Shown here piece after piece: positions 47,467-57,027 of a DNA stretch of 64,000 bases; position 1 is the stretch's first letter, and each line of letters starts with the position of its first letter. A model generated the notes under the pieces. The model worked only from the letters and a program-made list of their open reading frames with translations. It searched no databases and had not been told where the DNA came from. The stretch comes from a bacterium (GTDB lineage Bacteria; JACRDZ01; JAQUKH01): the NCBI GenBank assembly GCA_040754625.1, contig JBFMCF010000068.1, forward strand, positions 2,876-66,875. The letters run 5' to 3'. A program made the translations under genes and the position numbers.

Positions 47467-48540
47467 ATGATTTCTAAAGATACGCTGCGGCTTGAATGGA
47501 TAAATCAGGTGTCCGCGAAAAATCGCAGGGCAGACAAAATACTTATTGAGAAGGTAATAAGGGCTTTAATGCTTCTGGAGGGTCTAGCGGAGTCAGATCT
47601 GCAGTTTGTTTTCAAAGGCGGAACGGCTGTAATGCTTCTTCAAGATATACCCGGAAGATTTTCGATTGACATCGACATAATCGTATTAAAAGAGGTTGAT
47701 TTCGATGCCATTTTCAAAACACTTATTAAAGAAAAAGGTTTTTCAAAATATGAACGGCAGAGCAGGAACACAGTTTCCGGAATTCAAAAACTTCATTATA
47801 AATTTTATTATACTTCTCTTTCAAGAATCAATACCGCAGAAGATAATGTCCTGCTCGATATCCTTGTTGAATCCTCGAAATACAAGCATATTATCCCGGT
47901 AAACATTGATTCACGGTTTGTAAAACATGATGGGCTGCCGGTAAAGGTAAATATTCCAAGTAAAGAGGACATCCTTGCCGATAAATTGACTGCTTTCGCC
48001 CCAAACACTACAGGAATACCTTATGAAAAAGGCGGCTTCAGCCGAGCGATGGAAATTATCAAGCAGCTGTATGATATCGGAAATCTTTTTGATGAAATCG
48101 ATAATGTGGCTGTTATCGGAGAGACTTTTAACAAAATAGTACAAACAGAAATGAAATATCGCGGAATGACCGGGGATATAGAGATTGTTTTAAATGATAT
48201 TTTTCAGACAGCACTTTGTTTGTCAACAAAAGGGAAAGCAGGTAAAGGAGATTTTACCGCGCTACAAAACGGCGTTTCACGAATCAGAGCGTACATATTT
48301 TCGGAATCGTACCATATTGAAAAAGCTATTATTCACGCTTCGCGTATCGCGTATCTTGTTAAAATGATCGAGCTGAAAGAAAAAACTATTACGCGTTTTG
48401 AAAACCCTGAACAAATCAGGGATTTTTTGATGATTGAAAACACTTTGGATACGAAACTTAATAAACTTAAAAAATCAAGTCCCGAAGCATTTTTTTACTG
48501 GTACCAGGTGTATTTGCGCATAAAGAATCAGAACCGATAG
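47467..48540 (+). CDS. abiEii: Nucleotidyltransferase AbiEii/AbiGii-family toxin
   Basis: 357 aa. FVFKGGTAVMLL....RFSIDIDIIV is the pol-beta NTase motif of AbiEii. DKL.A is also conserved. Confidence 0.8.
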   Translation: MISKDTLRLEWINQVSAKNRRADKILIEKVIRALMLLEGLAESDLQFVFKGGTAVMLLQDIPGRFSIDIDIIVLKEVDFDAIFKTLIKEKGFSKYERQSRNTVSGIQKLHYKFYYTSLSRINTAEDNVLLDILVESSKYKHIIPVNIDSRFVKHDGLPVKVNIPSKEDILADKLTAFAPNTTGIPYEKGGFSRAMEIIKQLYDIGNLFDEIDNVAVIGETFNKIVQTEMKYRGMTGDIEIVLNDIFQTALCLSTKGKAGKGDFTALQNGVSRIRAYIFSESYHIEKAIIHASRIAYLVKMIELKEKTITRFENPEQIRDFLMIENTLDTKLNKLKKSSPEAFFYWYQVYLRIKNQNR

Positions 48541-48607
48541 ACCCATCTTTCGTAAATACAATCGAGCCTTCGGGACGCCGTCAAAAGGATAAAAAGGAGA
48601 GACACAA

Positions 48608-48905
48608 ATGGCGACCAAAACATTAAGCATAAGAATAAGTGACGATGATTATAAATTTCTTTCTCATCTTGCGAAAGAGGAGAAGGATGATGTTTCAAAG
48701 GCGGTCAGGGAGCTCATCGATACCGGCAGGGTCATGCTCGCGATAGAAAAGTACAAAAAGTCTGATGTCCCTTGAAAAAGCCGCGAAAATCGCGGGAGTT
48801 TCCATATCGAAAATAATGGATATTTTGAAAGAATATTCCGTGGAAATAAATCTGGACTTTGAGGATTATCTTTCGAGCCTGGATTCTACGAGAAAAATCT
48901 GGTGA
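48608..48905 (+). pseudogene. Frameshifted RHH/UPF0175-family antitoxin-like gene
   Basis: Frame 1 (48608-48775): MATKTLSIRISDDDYKFLSHLAKEEKDDVSKAVRELIDTGRVMLAIEKYKKSDVP*. The +1 frame (48765-48905): MSLEKAAKIAGVSISKIMDILKEYSVEINLDFEDY...*. Joined, they recreate the UPF0175 pattern (..LY..G.iSLgKAAeiAGvS..efm..L...gi). The break maps to the A-run at about 48753-48760. Confidence 0.5.
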
Positions 48906-48917
48906 CGCGCGATTGAT

Positions 48918-49178
48918 TCAGGAATACAAATTACTGTGAGTGTCCACGGCCACGAAAATACATTTATCCCCGCCGCAATCTTTGTAAATTGCCCTTAAAT
49001 CACCTGTTATGTTTATGCTTCTGTAATCCAGATATTTTCCTTTCAGAGGATGATTGTTCAAAATGGGGGAGTAGGGGGTTTGAAGGAAGACGGATAATCT
49101 TTCCTGCGTTTTTTTCTGTTCACTGTCCTTTGGCTTTTTATATTGTTTTTCAAAATTTTTATGAAAACGGATTTTCAT
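48918..49178 (-). CDS. yafQ: YafQ/RelE-family mRNA interferase toxin
   Basis: 86 aa. Contains FHKNFEKQYKK and HPLKGKYLDYRSINITGDLRAIY. The ATG overlaps the dinJ stop. Confidence 0.8.
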   Translation of the reverse strand: MKIRFHKNFEKQYKKPKDSEQKKTQERLSVFLQTPYSPILNNHPLKGKYLDYRSINITGDLRAIYKDCGGDKCIFVAVDTHSNLYS

Positions 49179-49456
49179 AGAGACTCGAAATATTCTTTTA
49201 ATTCTCTTTCATCAGAGATCTTTCGGGAAAGGTTTCTATCTTTTTTGATATCCGATTCCACCGTGCCTAAAAGCTCTTCCATTTCCCTGGACATGCGGGG
49301 AGTTGAAGAAAAGTAAACTTCCTGGTTCCTTATAAATTGTTTTAGGAAGGCATTTATCACTGCACTCAGGGAAAGTCCAAGATCGTTAGCCAGCTTTTGA
49401 GCGTTTTGTTTAACATCGCGATCGGTTTTAACATTTATTACAGTTTTCATAACCAT
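49175..49456 (-). CDS. dinJ: DinJ/RelB-family antitoxin
   Basis: 93 aa. INVKTDRDVKQNAQKLANDLGLSLSAVINAFLKQ is the DinJ RHH signature. Confidence 0.8.
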   Translation of the reverse strand: MVMKTVINVKTDRDVKQNAQKLANDLGLSLSAVINAFLKQFIRNQEVYFSSTPRMSREMEELLGTVESDIKKDRNLSRKISDERELKEYFESL

Positions 49457-49562
49457 AGTATATACAACGGTTATTATTTTGTCAATAGGAATTTAAGAAT
49501 TGTCCATGAACTTTTAAAATTTTTGTAGCGTTAATTGTCTTATTGAAATATAATATTAAATC

Positions 49563-50987
49563 ATGAATATTCTTTTTGTCTCATCCGAAGTTTTTCCTTT
49601 CGCGAAGACAGGAGGGCTCGCTGATGTTTCAGGGGCTTTGCCTGAGGCGTTAAATAATCTTGAGCATAAATGCAGTATTATTATGCCGATGTACCGAAAA
49701 GTCCGGGAAAACGGGTTTCATCCTTCAAATATCAAATCGAACATAAAAGTCAAATTGGGGCAGGATGAATATAACTTTAATCTGCTTTTTTTAAAACATA
49801 ACAATACGGATGTGTATTTTATCGACAGGAAAGAATTTTTCGACAGGGACGGCCTTTACGGGACACCCGGGTCCGACCATGCCGATAACGCGCTAAGGTT
49901 TGCTTTTTTTGCGAAGGCCGTTGTTTCCGTGATAAAAAACATCGGGAAGATAGATATAATCCACTGCAATGATTGGCAGTCCTCGCTTTTGCCGCTTTAC
50001 TTGAAGAATGCCGGGCTTGATAAGATAAAAACAGTTTTAACAATCCATAATCTGGCATACCAGGGACTGTTTGCTCCGGATACGCTTTCTTCGATAGGCT
50101 TATCATGGGACTATTTCACGATGGACAAGCTTGAATTTTACGGCAAAGTAAGTTTTTTAAAAGCGGGAATAATTTATTCCGACGCGGTCACGACGGTAAG
50201 CAGGGGATACGCGAGGGAAATATTGACTCCTGAGTTCGGGTGCGGGCTTGAAGGCCTGCTCCAGACAAGAAAGGATTCCCTTTACGGGATTATTAACGGC
50301 GTGGATTATAATGAATGGAATCCTTTGAATGATAAATATATAGCGAAAAATTACAGCGAAAAAAATTTAAATGATAAAACAGAATGCAAGAAAGACCTTT
50401 TGAAGTCATTTAGCCTTCCGTTTGACAGCAGAAAACCCGTTATCGGAATGATAACGCGGCTTGCCGCCCAAAAAGGACTTGACCTTGTAGCGGAACGGAT
50501 TGAAGAAATTCTTTCATTAAATGTTTATTTGGTGCTCCTGGGAACAGGCGACGAGAAATACAATAACATGTTTAAAGATATCGCTGGAAAATACAAAGGA
50601 AAAGCCGGTATTAAAATAGGGTTTGATAATACCCTTGCCCATAAAATAGAAGCGGGAAGCGATATGTTCCTTATGCCGTCGCGTTATGAACCCTGCGGCT
50701 TAAACCAGATGTACAGCCTGAAATACGGGACTGTCCCTGTTGTCCGGGCGACAGGCGGTTTGGATGACACGATTTCGGATTTTGATCATTTTACGAAAAA
50801 AGGCAACGGTTTTAAGTTTTTAAACGCCACTATCGACGCCTTATACGCGGTTTTAAAAAGGGCAGTTGAAGTTTATAAAGACAGCAAAAGCTGGCATATT
50901 TTGCAGTTAAACGGCATGCACTGCGATTTCTCATGGGAAAATTCCGCGAAAGAGTATGTTGAATTGTATAAGAAGATTTTGAAGTAA
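49563..50987 (+). CDS. glgA: Glycogen synthase (GT5)
   Basis: 474 aa. Contains MNILFVSSEVFPFAKTGGLADV, HCNDWQS and PSRYEPCGLNQMY. Confidence 0.92.
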   Translation: MNILFVSSEVFPFAKTGGLADVSGALPEALNNLEHKCSIIMPMYRKVRENGFHPSNIKSNIKVKLGQDEYNFNLLFLKHNNTDVYFIDRKEFFDRDGLYGTPGSDHADNALRFAFFAKAVVSVIKNIGKIDIIHCNDWQSSLLPLYLKNAGLDKIKTVLTIHNLAYQGLFAPDTLSSIGLSWDYFTMDKLEFYGKVSFLKAGIIYSDAVTTVSRGYAREILTPEFGCGLEGLLQTRKDSLYGIINGVDYNEWNPLNDKYIAKNYSEKNLNDKTECKKDLLKSFSLPFDSRKPVIGMITRLAAQKGLDLVAERIEEILSLNVYLVLLGTGDEKYNNMFKDIAGKYKGKAGIKIGFDNTLAHKIEAGSDMFLMPSRYEPCGLNQMYSLKYGTVPVVRATGGLDDTISDFDHFTKKGNGFKFLNATIDALYAVLKRAVEVYKDSKSWHILQLNGMHCDFSWENSAKEYVELYKKILK

Positions 50988-51053
50988 AATATTATCCCAT
51001 CCTGCCTGATAATCCTATTGACATCTTGATATATTGGGTTATATTATACCAAT

Positions 51054-51416
51054 ATGAAAAAATTAATTGTCTCGTTAAAGACATCATCTGAAGTGCTGGA
51101 TAATTTTAAAAATGCTTTAAAAAATAAGCAATATTATAACAAAGAACATAATGTTGAAATTTCATTTGATAATAAAAATGATTTTTCCCGTTTTGTGCGG
51201 AATATCGATATTTTAACTTACATAATAAATTTCAAGCCGGCTTCTGTTTATGAGCTTGCAAAATTAACCAAAAGAGACGTTTCAAATTTAAATAAAATAA
51301 TAAAATTTTTCAATGAATTAGGAGTTATTAAAATTGAGAGAAATAAAATTTCAGGAAGGTATACCAGCAAACCTTTTGTGGAATACTACGCTATCCAGTT
51401 TAAACTCGCGGCATAA
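51054..51416 (+). CDS. Small winged-helix DNA-binding protein (possible antitoxin-type regulator)
   Basis: 120 aa. PASVYELAKLTKRDVSNLNKIIKFFNELGVIKIE is wHTH-like. A promoter-like TTGACA precedes it (about 51019-51024). Confidence 0.5.
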   Translation: MKKLIVSLKTSSEVLDNFKNALKNKQYYNKEHNVEISFDNKNDFSRFVRNIDILTYIINFKPASVYELAKLTKRDVSNLNKIIKFFNELGVIKIERNKISGRYTSKPFVEYYAIQFKLAA

Positions 51417-51444
51417 GTTTTTCGCCAAATCCTTTTTGTATTCC

Positions 51445-51804
51445 TCAGGAGGCATAAATCTCAATTCCTTCGTTAAAAACATTTTTATAGAATGGCACAT
51501 AAGCCGCATATTCCGAAAATTCATTAAAATTTTTGTCAATCGCAGATATAACAACATCATATTTTAACGAAATATCAGTTATTGCCTGTATTAATTTTTT
51601 TCTATATGGTTTCAGTTCAGGATCTTTTTTCTTCAATAAAATCATTATGTCTATGTCTGAATAATTGTCATTGGTTTCTTTTGCATAAGAACCGTATAGA
51701 ATAATGTCTTTTAAGTCATTTCCGTATATCTTTTGAATTTCTTTTTCTATATCATTTAATAAAGAAACTACCTTAGAATCTTTAATAAATCCCTTTTCCC
51801 GCAT
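51445..51804 (-). CDS. Minimal nucleotidyltransferase (MNT-type, pol-beta superfamily)
   Basis: 119 aa. IILYGSYAKETNDNYSDIDIMILL is the GSx(n)DxD motif. Confidence 0.8.
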   Translation of the reverse strand: MREKGFIKDSKVVSLLNDIEKEIQKIYGNDLKDIILYGSYAKETNDNYSDIDIMILLKKKDPELKPYRKKLIQAITDISLKYDVVISAIDKNFNEFSEYAAYVPFYKNVFNEGIEIYAS

Positions 51805-51869
51805 AATATTTCCTTTTTAAAAATTTTCAAAATACTCAATTTTTTGAGTTTAGTAATTGTAAGAGTTCT

Positions 51870-52097
51870 TTAAAGTCTTTCGGCAGATGGATCATAACCG
51901 AACATAATCCTTCTCAATTTTTCCAGCGCGCTGATTTTTTCAAGATAAGTTTTGGTTTTCCAAAAGCCATAATCGTCACTTTTATGAACCGATGTAATTT
52001 CAAAAACCTTTTTATTCACAATGTAATTATAACATGTTTTACATTTTTTTTGAAATTTTATAAAGTTTGAAACATTGACATACAATAGTAATGGCAA
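51870..52097 (-). CDS. Small hypothetical protein upstream of the MNT gene
   Basis: 75-aa ORF. The start is uncertain; an internal GTG at VNKKVF is possible. The conserved-looking tail is YLEKISALEKLRRIMFGYDPSAERL. Confidence 0.35.
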   Translation of the reverse strand: MPLLLYVNVSNFIKFQKKCKTCYNYIVNKKVFEITSVHKSDDYGFWKTKTYLEKISALEKLRRIMFGYDPSAERL

Positions 52098-52112
52098 TAT
52101 AATTATGAAAAT

Positions 52113-53357
52113 ATGACTATTTTCTTACGAAAATTCCCCAATAATGTTTTGACCCTCCCTGTTCTTGTTAATTCACTTGAAAATGTGTTTAAAGCTGATA
52201 ATTTAAACTGTTCCTATTTCTCTTCGATGGAAGAACTGGGAAAACTTAGTAATTCCCAGGATAAAACTTTTTATGTCGCGTATTCGTTTATGACTACGGA
52301 AGCGGAAAAGGTTTATGATGAAGTCAAACAGATAAGAGGATTATTAAAGAATAAGAAATATCTTATTCTTGGCGGAGGCTCTCATTTAAACGGCGACGAA
52401 ACAAATCATTTTGGCTTCGATTATGTGTTTTCAGGATACAGCGAGGAAAGTTTTCCTTATTTCTTGAAGGATTTGGAAAGCGGTCCGGCCGGTTATTTAA
52501 ATAAAAAATATTCATTGAGAAATAAAACTGTTTATCCATTTCTCCCGCCTGTTTTTGACAATTCTTATCCTTTTACAAAATCTCTTGTTACGCTTCCTCC
52601 GCTTGAAATAATGCGGGGGTGCAGATGGAAATGTAATTTTTGCCAGACGGGGACTTTAACCAAGTCCGTTTTAAATTTACAGATACGAAGTTTAGAATCA
52701 GTAGAAAAATATCTGGTTTATTTGAAAAATAAAGGAGTGAGACGGGTAAATTTTATCTCGCCTAACGCGTTTGACTATAAACTGCCGGGTGAAACGGTTT
52801 CTAATTCAATAAAAAAATTATTGTTGCTTTGCGCCGGATATAAATTCGATTTTATTGAATATGGAATTTTTCCTTCGGAGGTCCGGCCGGAATCAGTAAC
52901 AGGAGAGACAGCAGGGCTTGTAAAAGAATATTGCGGTAACAAAATAATAACATTGGGCGCTCAAAGCGGGAATGATAAAATGTTGAAATCAATAAACCGG
53001 ACGCATACGGTTGAAGATATTATTAAAGCGTCGCGTGTTGTTTATGAACACGGTTTGGTTCCAAATATCGATTTTATCATAGGTTTCCCGGAGGAATCGC
53101 GGCAGGACAGGAGAGATTTATTCAATTTAATAAAAACGCTTTCTAAAGATTTCAGGGCGAAAATCCAGATGCATTATTTTATTCCGCTCCCCGGCACAAA
53201 ATTTTATTCAAAAAACCCGGCCCCCATTGATGTCGAAACCTTTAATGACCTTGAGAAATTAACTGCAGACGGTATTATTTCAAACTGGTGGAAGAACGGC
53301 GTTAAATTATCCGGGCAGGTGGTTAAATTCAGGGATTATTTGCGTTCCAAAGCGTGA
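52113..53357 (+). CDS. Radical SAM protein with N-terminal B12-binding-like (Rossmann) domain
   Basis: 414 aa. Contains EIMRGCRWKCNFCQ (CxxxCxxC) with a downstream GAQSG region. Specific function unknown. Confidence 0.75.
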   Translation: MTIFLRKFPNNVLTLPVLVNSLENVFKADNLNCSYFSSMEELGKLSNSQDKTFYVAYSFMTTEAEKVYDEVKQIRGLLKNKKYLILGGGSHLNGDETNHFGFDYVFSGYSEESFPYFLKDLESGPAGYLNKKYSLRNKTVYPFLPPVFDNSYPFTKSLVTLPPLEIMRGCRWKCNFCQTGTLTKSVLNLQIRSLESVEKYLVYLKNKGVRRVNFISPNAFDYKLPGETVSNSIKKLLLLCAGYKFDFIEYGIFPSEVRPESVTGETAGLVKEYCGNKIITLGAQSGNDKMLKSINRTHTVEDIIKASRVVYEHGLVPNIDFIIGFPEESRQDRRDLFNLIKTLSKDFRAKIQMHYFIPLPGTKFYSKNPAPIDVETFNDLEKLTADGIISNWWKNGVKLSGQVVKFRDYLRSKA

Positions 53358-53486
53358 AAAAAAATATTTATTAGCTTGACAAAGTTAACTAAATGTGAAA
53401 GAATAAAATTTTCCAAAAGTAACAAAATGTTTCGGCGGATTTAATGTTTTACAAATTGTTAAATTAACATTTTATGAGGGGAAAAT

Positions 53487-53984
53487 ATGGGGATAGATAA
53501 TGTTGGTTTGAATCTGAAAAAGTTCCGCGAAAATAACGGGTTTACGCAGGAATCCATAGCTAAAAGGCTGGGGGTGTCAAGGCAGGCTGTTTGCATGTGG
53601 GAGTCCGGGAAAAGGGAATTGAGGGTATCGACACTTATTGAAATAGCCGATTTTTTTGATGCCGGGATCGACGAAATAATAAGGCCGGGGAAAATAAAGG
53701 CGAATAATAACAAAAAAATATTAATTTCCAGGGCTACTTTTGAATTAAACGCGCCCGGCGCTAACGAGGTCTTGTTAATCGGCGATTTTAATTCATGGAA
53801 CGCGCCGGGGATACCTTTAAAGAAAAGTAAAAACGGCATTTGGAAAATTGATTTGGACCTTATGCCGGGGAAATATGAATATAAATTTATTATTGACGGA
53901 AAATGGGTAAACGACCCGGTCAATCCAAAAACAATTATAAATTCTTACGGCACACATAATTCAGTAAAGGAAATAATTGGATGA
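53487..53984 (+). CDS. XRE-family HTH fused to a CBM48/AMPK-beta-type glycogen-binding module
   Basis: 165 aa. HTH: LKKFRENNGFTQESIAKRLGVSRQAVCMWESGKRE. CBM48: FELNAPGANEVLLIGDFNSWN...KNGIWKIDLDLMPGKYEYKFIIDGKWVNDP. The stop overlaps the ATG of the next gene (ATGA at 53981-53984). Confidence 0.8.
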   Translation: MGIDNVGLNLKKFRENNGFTQESIAKRLGVSRQAVCMWESGKRELRVSTLIEIADFFDAGIDEIIRPGKIKANNNKKILISRATFELNAPGANEVLLIGDFNSWNAPGIPLKKSKNGIWKIDLDLMPGKYEYKFIIDGKWVNDPVNPKTIINSYGTHNSVKEIIG

Positions 53985-55141
53985 GAATAGCGTTTTTTTC
54001 ATGGGAATCATTACATTCCATAGCGATAGGCGGCATCGCGGTCCATGTTACCGAGATAGCCTGCGCCCTGCAGCGAAAGGGGCATGAAGTCCATGTTTTT
54101 ACCCGGATGGGACGCTCTAATCACAGCCAATATGAAAATATTCATGGTGTTCATTACCATAGGTGCCCTTACGCGCATCATCCTGATTTTATCGAGGAAG
54201 TGAATAATATGTGCAGATCAATGGTCCATTCTTTTTTCCAGACGGAAGATTATATAGGGCATTTTGATATTGTCCACTGCCATGACTGGCTTACAACAAA
54301 CGTCCTGGTCTGGATAAAAAAAGGCAGGCCGCGCAAGTCTGTTATTACAATTCATTCAACGGAATTCGGGAGATGCGGCAACAAATTTAACAAAGGCAGG
54401 TCGGATATTATCAGACATCTTGAGTGGTATGGGACATATGAGGCCAGCAAGGTGATTTGTGTCTCTAATTTCTTAAAGGAAGAGGTTAAGCGGATATACT
54501 CCGTGCCGGAAGACAAAATTAATGTTATCTATAACGGTATAAATTACAGGGATTTTGACGGCTGGATAGACCCGGGCGCCGTAAAAAGGATGTACGGAAT
54601 AGGGCCTATGGACCCCATGGTTTTATTTGTGGGAAGAATAGTTTATCAGAAAGGTACAGACCTTTTAATTGAAGCAATCCCGAGTATCCTGAAATTTCAT
54701 GGGAACGCGAAGTTTATATTTGTGGGTGACGGGGAAATGCGGCACCAGGTTGAGTCAAGGGCGCATCATCTGGGAGTAGCCCACGCGACAAGGTTTTTGG
54801 GGCACGCGAACGGATATAAATTAATAGACCTTTATAAGGCTTGTGATTGTGTGTGTATCCCAAGCCGTAATGAACCGTTCGGGATAGTCCTCCTTGAGGC
54901 GTGGAGCGCGGGAAAACCGGCAGTCGCTAGCGTAAACGGCGGGCCGGGAGAAATAATATGGCATGATGTTAACGGATTAAAAATTAATGACAATGTCGAT
55001 TCCGTGGCATGGGGAATAGGCACGCTGTTTTCTGATTTTGAACACGCCAGATGGATGGGACGAAACGGCCGTATAGCGGTTGAGACTGCCTTTTCGTGGG
55101 ATGTAATTGCCGATGTTACGCTTTCTGTTTATGAGAATTAG
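53981..55141 (+). CDS. GT-B glycosyltransferase, archaeal-type glycogen synthase-like (GT4/GT5)
   Basis: 386 aa. Contains MRIAFFSWESLHSIAIGGIAVHV, HCHDW and PSRNEPFGIVLLEAWSAGKPAV. Confidence 0.8.
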   Translation: MRIAFFSWESLHSIAIGGIAVHVTEIACALQRKGHEVHVFTRMGRSNHSQYENIHGVHYHRCPYAHHPDFIEEVNNMCRSMVHSFFQTEDYIGHFDIVHCHDWLTTNVLVWIKKGRPRKSVITIHSTEFGRCGNKFNKGRSDIIRHLEWYGTYEASKVICVSNFLKEEVKRIYSVPEDKINVIYNGINYRDFDGWIDPGAVKRMYGIGPMDPMVLFVGRIVYQKGTDLLIEAIPSILKFHGNAKFIFVGDGEMRHQVESRAHHLGVAHATRFLGHANGYKLIDLYKACDCVCIPSRNEPFGIVLLEAWSAGKPAVASVNGGPGEIIWHDVNGLKINDNVDSVAWGIGTLFSDFEHARWMGRNGRIAVETAFSWDVIADVTLSVYEN

Positions 55142-55194
55142 TTCTCTGGTATTGCATCGGAATTTATTAAACAGAGCACTAACGGGATATATAT

Positions 55195-56235
55195 ATGCAG
55201 AAAAAAAATTTTGTTGAAGACCTTAACCTGCCTTCACATTATAATAATACAAGCCTTACTCTTATCGCAAGAGATCCATACTGGGTATTTGCCCATTGGA
55301 AAATAGCCCCTTATGACCTTGAAAAACTTAAAGGAAATATAGGTGAAAAATTATTTAAAAAATCATCTTTTATAATAAGGATGCACGATGTTACATCCGT
55401 TGATTTTAACGGAAAAAACGCGAATTCATCATTTGACATTGATATAGCTCTCCACGCGAACAAAAAGTATATTAACCTGCCCTGTGACAATGTCAATTAT
55501 TGCGCTGAATTGGGAATAAATGCCCCGGGCGGTAAATTTTTACCGATTGCAACGTCGAATTTTGCAACCACCCCGCGCCTTAGTCCGTCACCAAGGTCTG
55601 ATGTAATATGGATGGACCCGGGAGGCAAAAAAAGACGGCCGTTTGTGGCTTTGAAAAAAGAAGAAAAAAATAAACAGCTTTTTCTGAAAAAAGAAAAATA
55701 TCACGGTAAAAAAATTGAGGACCTGCCGAGAAAAGCGAAAAGAATGTTTCTTACGGAAGATGATATCCGGGCATATTATTCAAGGATCATGCCTTTATAT
55801 AAAAAGGGGCTTAAAGAAACAGCAAAGATATCCGCTAAAAAGGACGGAAACAACCGTAAAAATAATCACCCTGTGAACGGCGCCATTTTAAATAATATTT
55901 TTTTAAATGAAGGGTTTAATAATAATTTTTTAGGTTCGTCGGCAATTGGCTCGAGTGAACAAAAAATCGGGGGCGCGAGCGAAAGACAGGGAAAAGGGAG
56001 AAAATTCTTTTTTGAGATAGGGACGGAATTAATAGTTTACGGGCGCACCGAACCAAGTGCGGAAGTAAGGCTTAATGATAAAAAAATTGAACTTCGCAGT
56101 GACGGAACTTTTAACCTGCGTTTTGCGCTTCCGGACGGCAGGATACCGCTTGATTTTATCGCTATGTCCAATGATAAAGTTGATAAACGGACTATTACAA
56201 CTTCAGCCGAACGCGCAAGAACAAAATCACGCTAA
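55195..56235 (+). CDS. DUF4912-domain protein
   Basis: 346 aa. [26 protein letters not shown] is the DUF4912 N-terminal signature, followed by a Lys-rich linker. This family commonly neighbours alpha-glucan genes. Confidence 0.7.
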   Translation: MQKKNFVEDLNLPSHYNNTSLTLIARDPYWVFAHWKIAPYDLEKLKGNIGEKLFKKSSFIIRMHDVTSVDFNGKNANSSFDIDIALHANKKYINLPCDNVNYCAELGINAPGGKFLPIATSNFATTPRLSPSPRSDVIWMDPGGKKRRPFVALKKEEKNKQLFLKKEKYHGKKIEDLPRKAKRMFLTEDDIRAYYSRIMPLYKKGLKETAKISAKKDGNNRKNNHPVNGAILNNIFLNEGFNNNFLGSSAIGSSEQKIGGASERQGKGRKFFFEIGTELIVYGRTEPSAEVRLNDKKIELRSDGTFNLRFALPDGRIPLDFIAMSNDKVDKRTITTSAERARTKSR

Positions 56236-56239
56236 AATT

Positions 56240-56962
56240 ATGAAACGAAAAACCATTACTTTATTAATTTTACTGATTTTTATATCACATACAAAAATCT
56301 TAGGTGTTGAAGAGACCGGGTTTTCCCAAGCAAGAAAAGAAATGGTGGAAACACAGATAAGGGCCATGGGAGTAAAGGATGAACGTGTCCTTGAAGCAAT
56401 GTTGAAAGTCAGGAGGCATTTATTTGTGCCAAAGACATACCAAAACAGTGCTTATATAGACAGCCCGCTGCCTATCGGCGAAGGCCAGACAATTTCCCAG
56501 CCGTACATTGTCGCATTAATGACTGAGCTCTTGGAATTAAAAGGTGACGAAAAGGTACTGGAGATAGGAACAGGTTCCGGTTACCAGGCGGCGATTTTGT
56601 CTGAATTATGCAAAGAAGTATATACAATAGAAATTATCGAAACACTGGGAAAAAGAGCGGGAAAACTTTTAGAGGATTTAGGATACAAAAATATAAAGGT
56701 AAAAATCGGCGATGGTTACAAAGGCTGGCCTGAATACGCGCCGTTTGACGCGGTAATCGTAACGGCAGCTCCTGACCATATCCCGCAGGCTTTAATAGAC
56801 CAGTTGAAGGAAGGCGGGAGGATGGTTATTCCTGTCGGAGATTATTTTCAGGAGTTGAAGCTGGTAAAAAAGATAAACGGGAAACCGGTCATTGAAAATA
56901 TTACTGCTGTAAGATTTGTTCCGATGATTAAGGGGACTGAAGAAATAAAGGAAAAAAAATAA
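56240..56962 (+). CDS. pcm: Protein-L-isoaspartate O-methyltransferase with signal peptide
   Basis: The start is taken at ATG 56240 ([22 protein letters not shown]). Contains [15 protein letters not shown] and [15 protein letters not shown]. The track ORF start at 56075 would overlap the DUF4912 gene. Confidence 0.88.
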   Translation: MKRKTITLLILLIFISHTKILGVEETGFSQARKEMVETQIRAMGVKDERVLEAMLKVRRHLFVPKTYQNSAYIDSPLPIGEGQTISQPYIVALMTELLELKGDEKVLEIGTGSGYQAAILSELCKEVYTIEIIETLGKRAGKLLEDLGYKNIKVKIGDGYKGWPEYAPFDAVIVTAAPDHIPQALIDQLKEGGRMVIPVGDYFQELKLVKKINGKPVIENITAVRFVPMIKGTEEIKEKK

Positions 56963-56990
56963 GAGTAGACAGGCATGGAGATTTTTAAAC

Positions 56991-57020
56991 TTGACATGCA
57001 TAAAAAAATAATGGTAAAAT
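56991..57020 (+). promoter_or_regulatory. Sigma70 promoter with extended -10, orphan (no ORF directly downstream)
   Basis: TTGACA (56991-56996), 18-nt spacer, TGgTAAAAT (57012-57020). Confidence 0.5.
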
Positions 57021-57027
57021 AATCGTC

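Noticed and set aside
39677-49562. Calling the defence/TA island a defined mobile element (prophage, ICE or transposon)
   Set aside because: I could find no integrase, transposase, recombinase, tRNA target or flanking direct or inverted repeats by eye. Only an accessory-island description is supported.
56075-56239. An upstream extension of pcm starting at 56075, as given in the ORF track
   Set aside because: The extension overlaps the 3' end of the DUF4912 gene by 160 nt in another frame. The ATG at 56240 yields a normal signal peptide followed by the conserved Pcm core.
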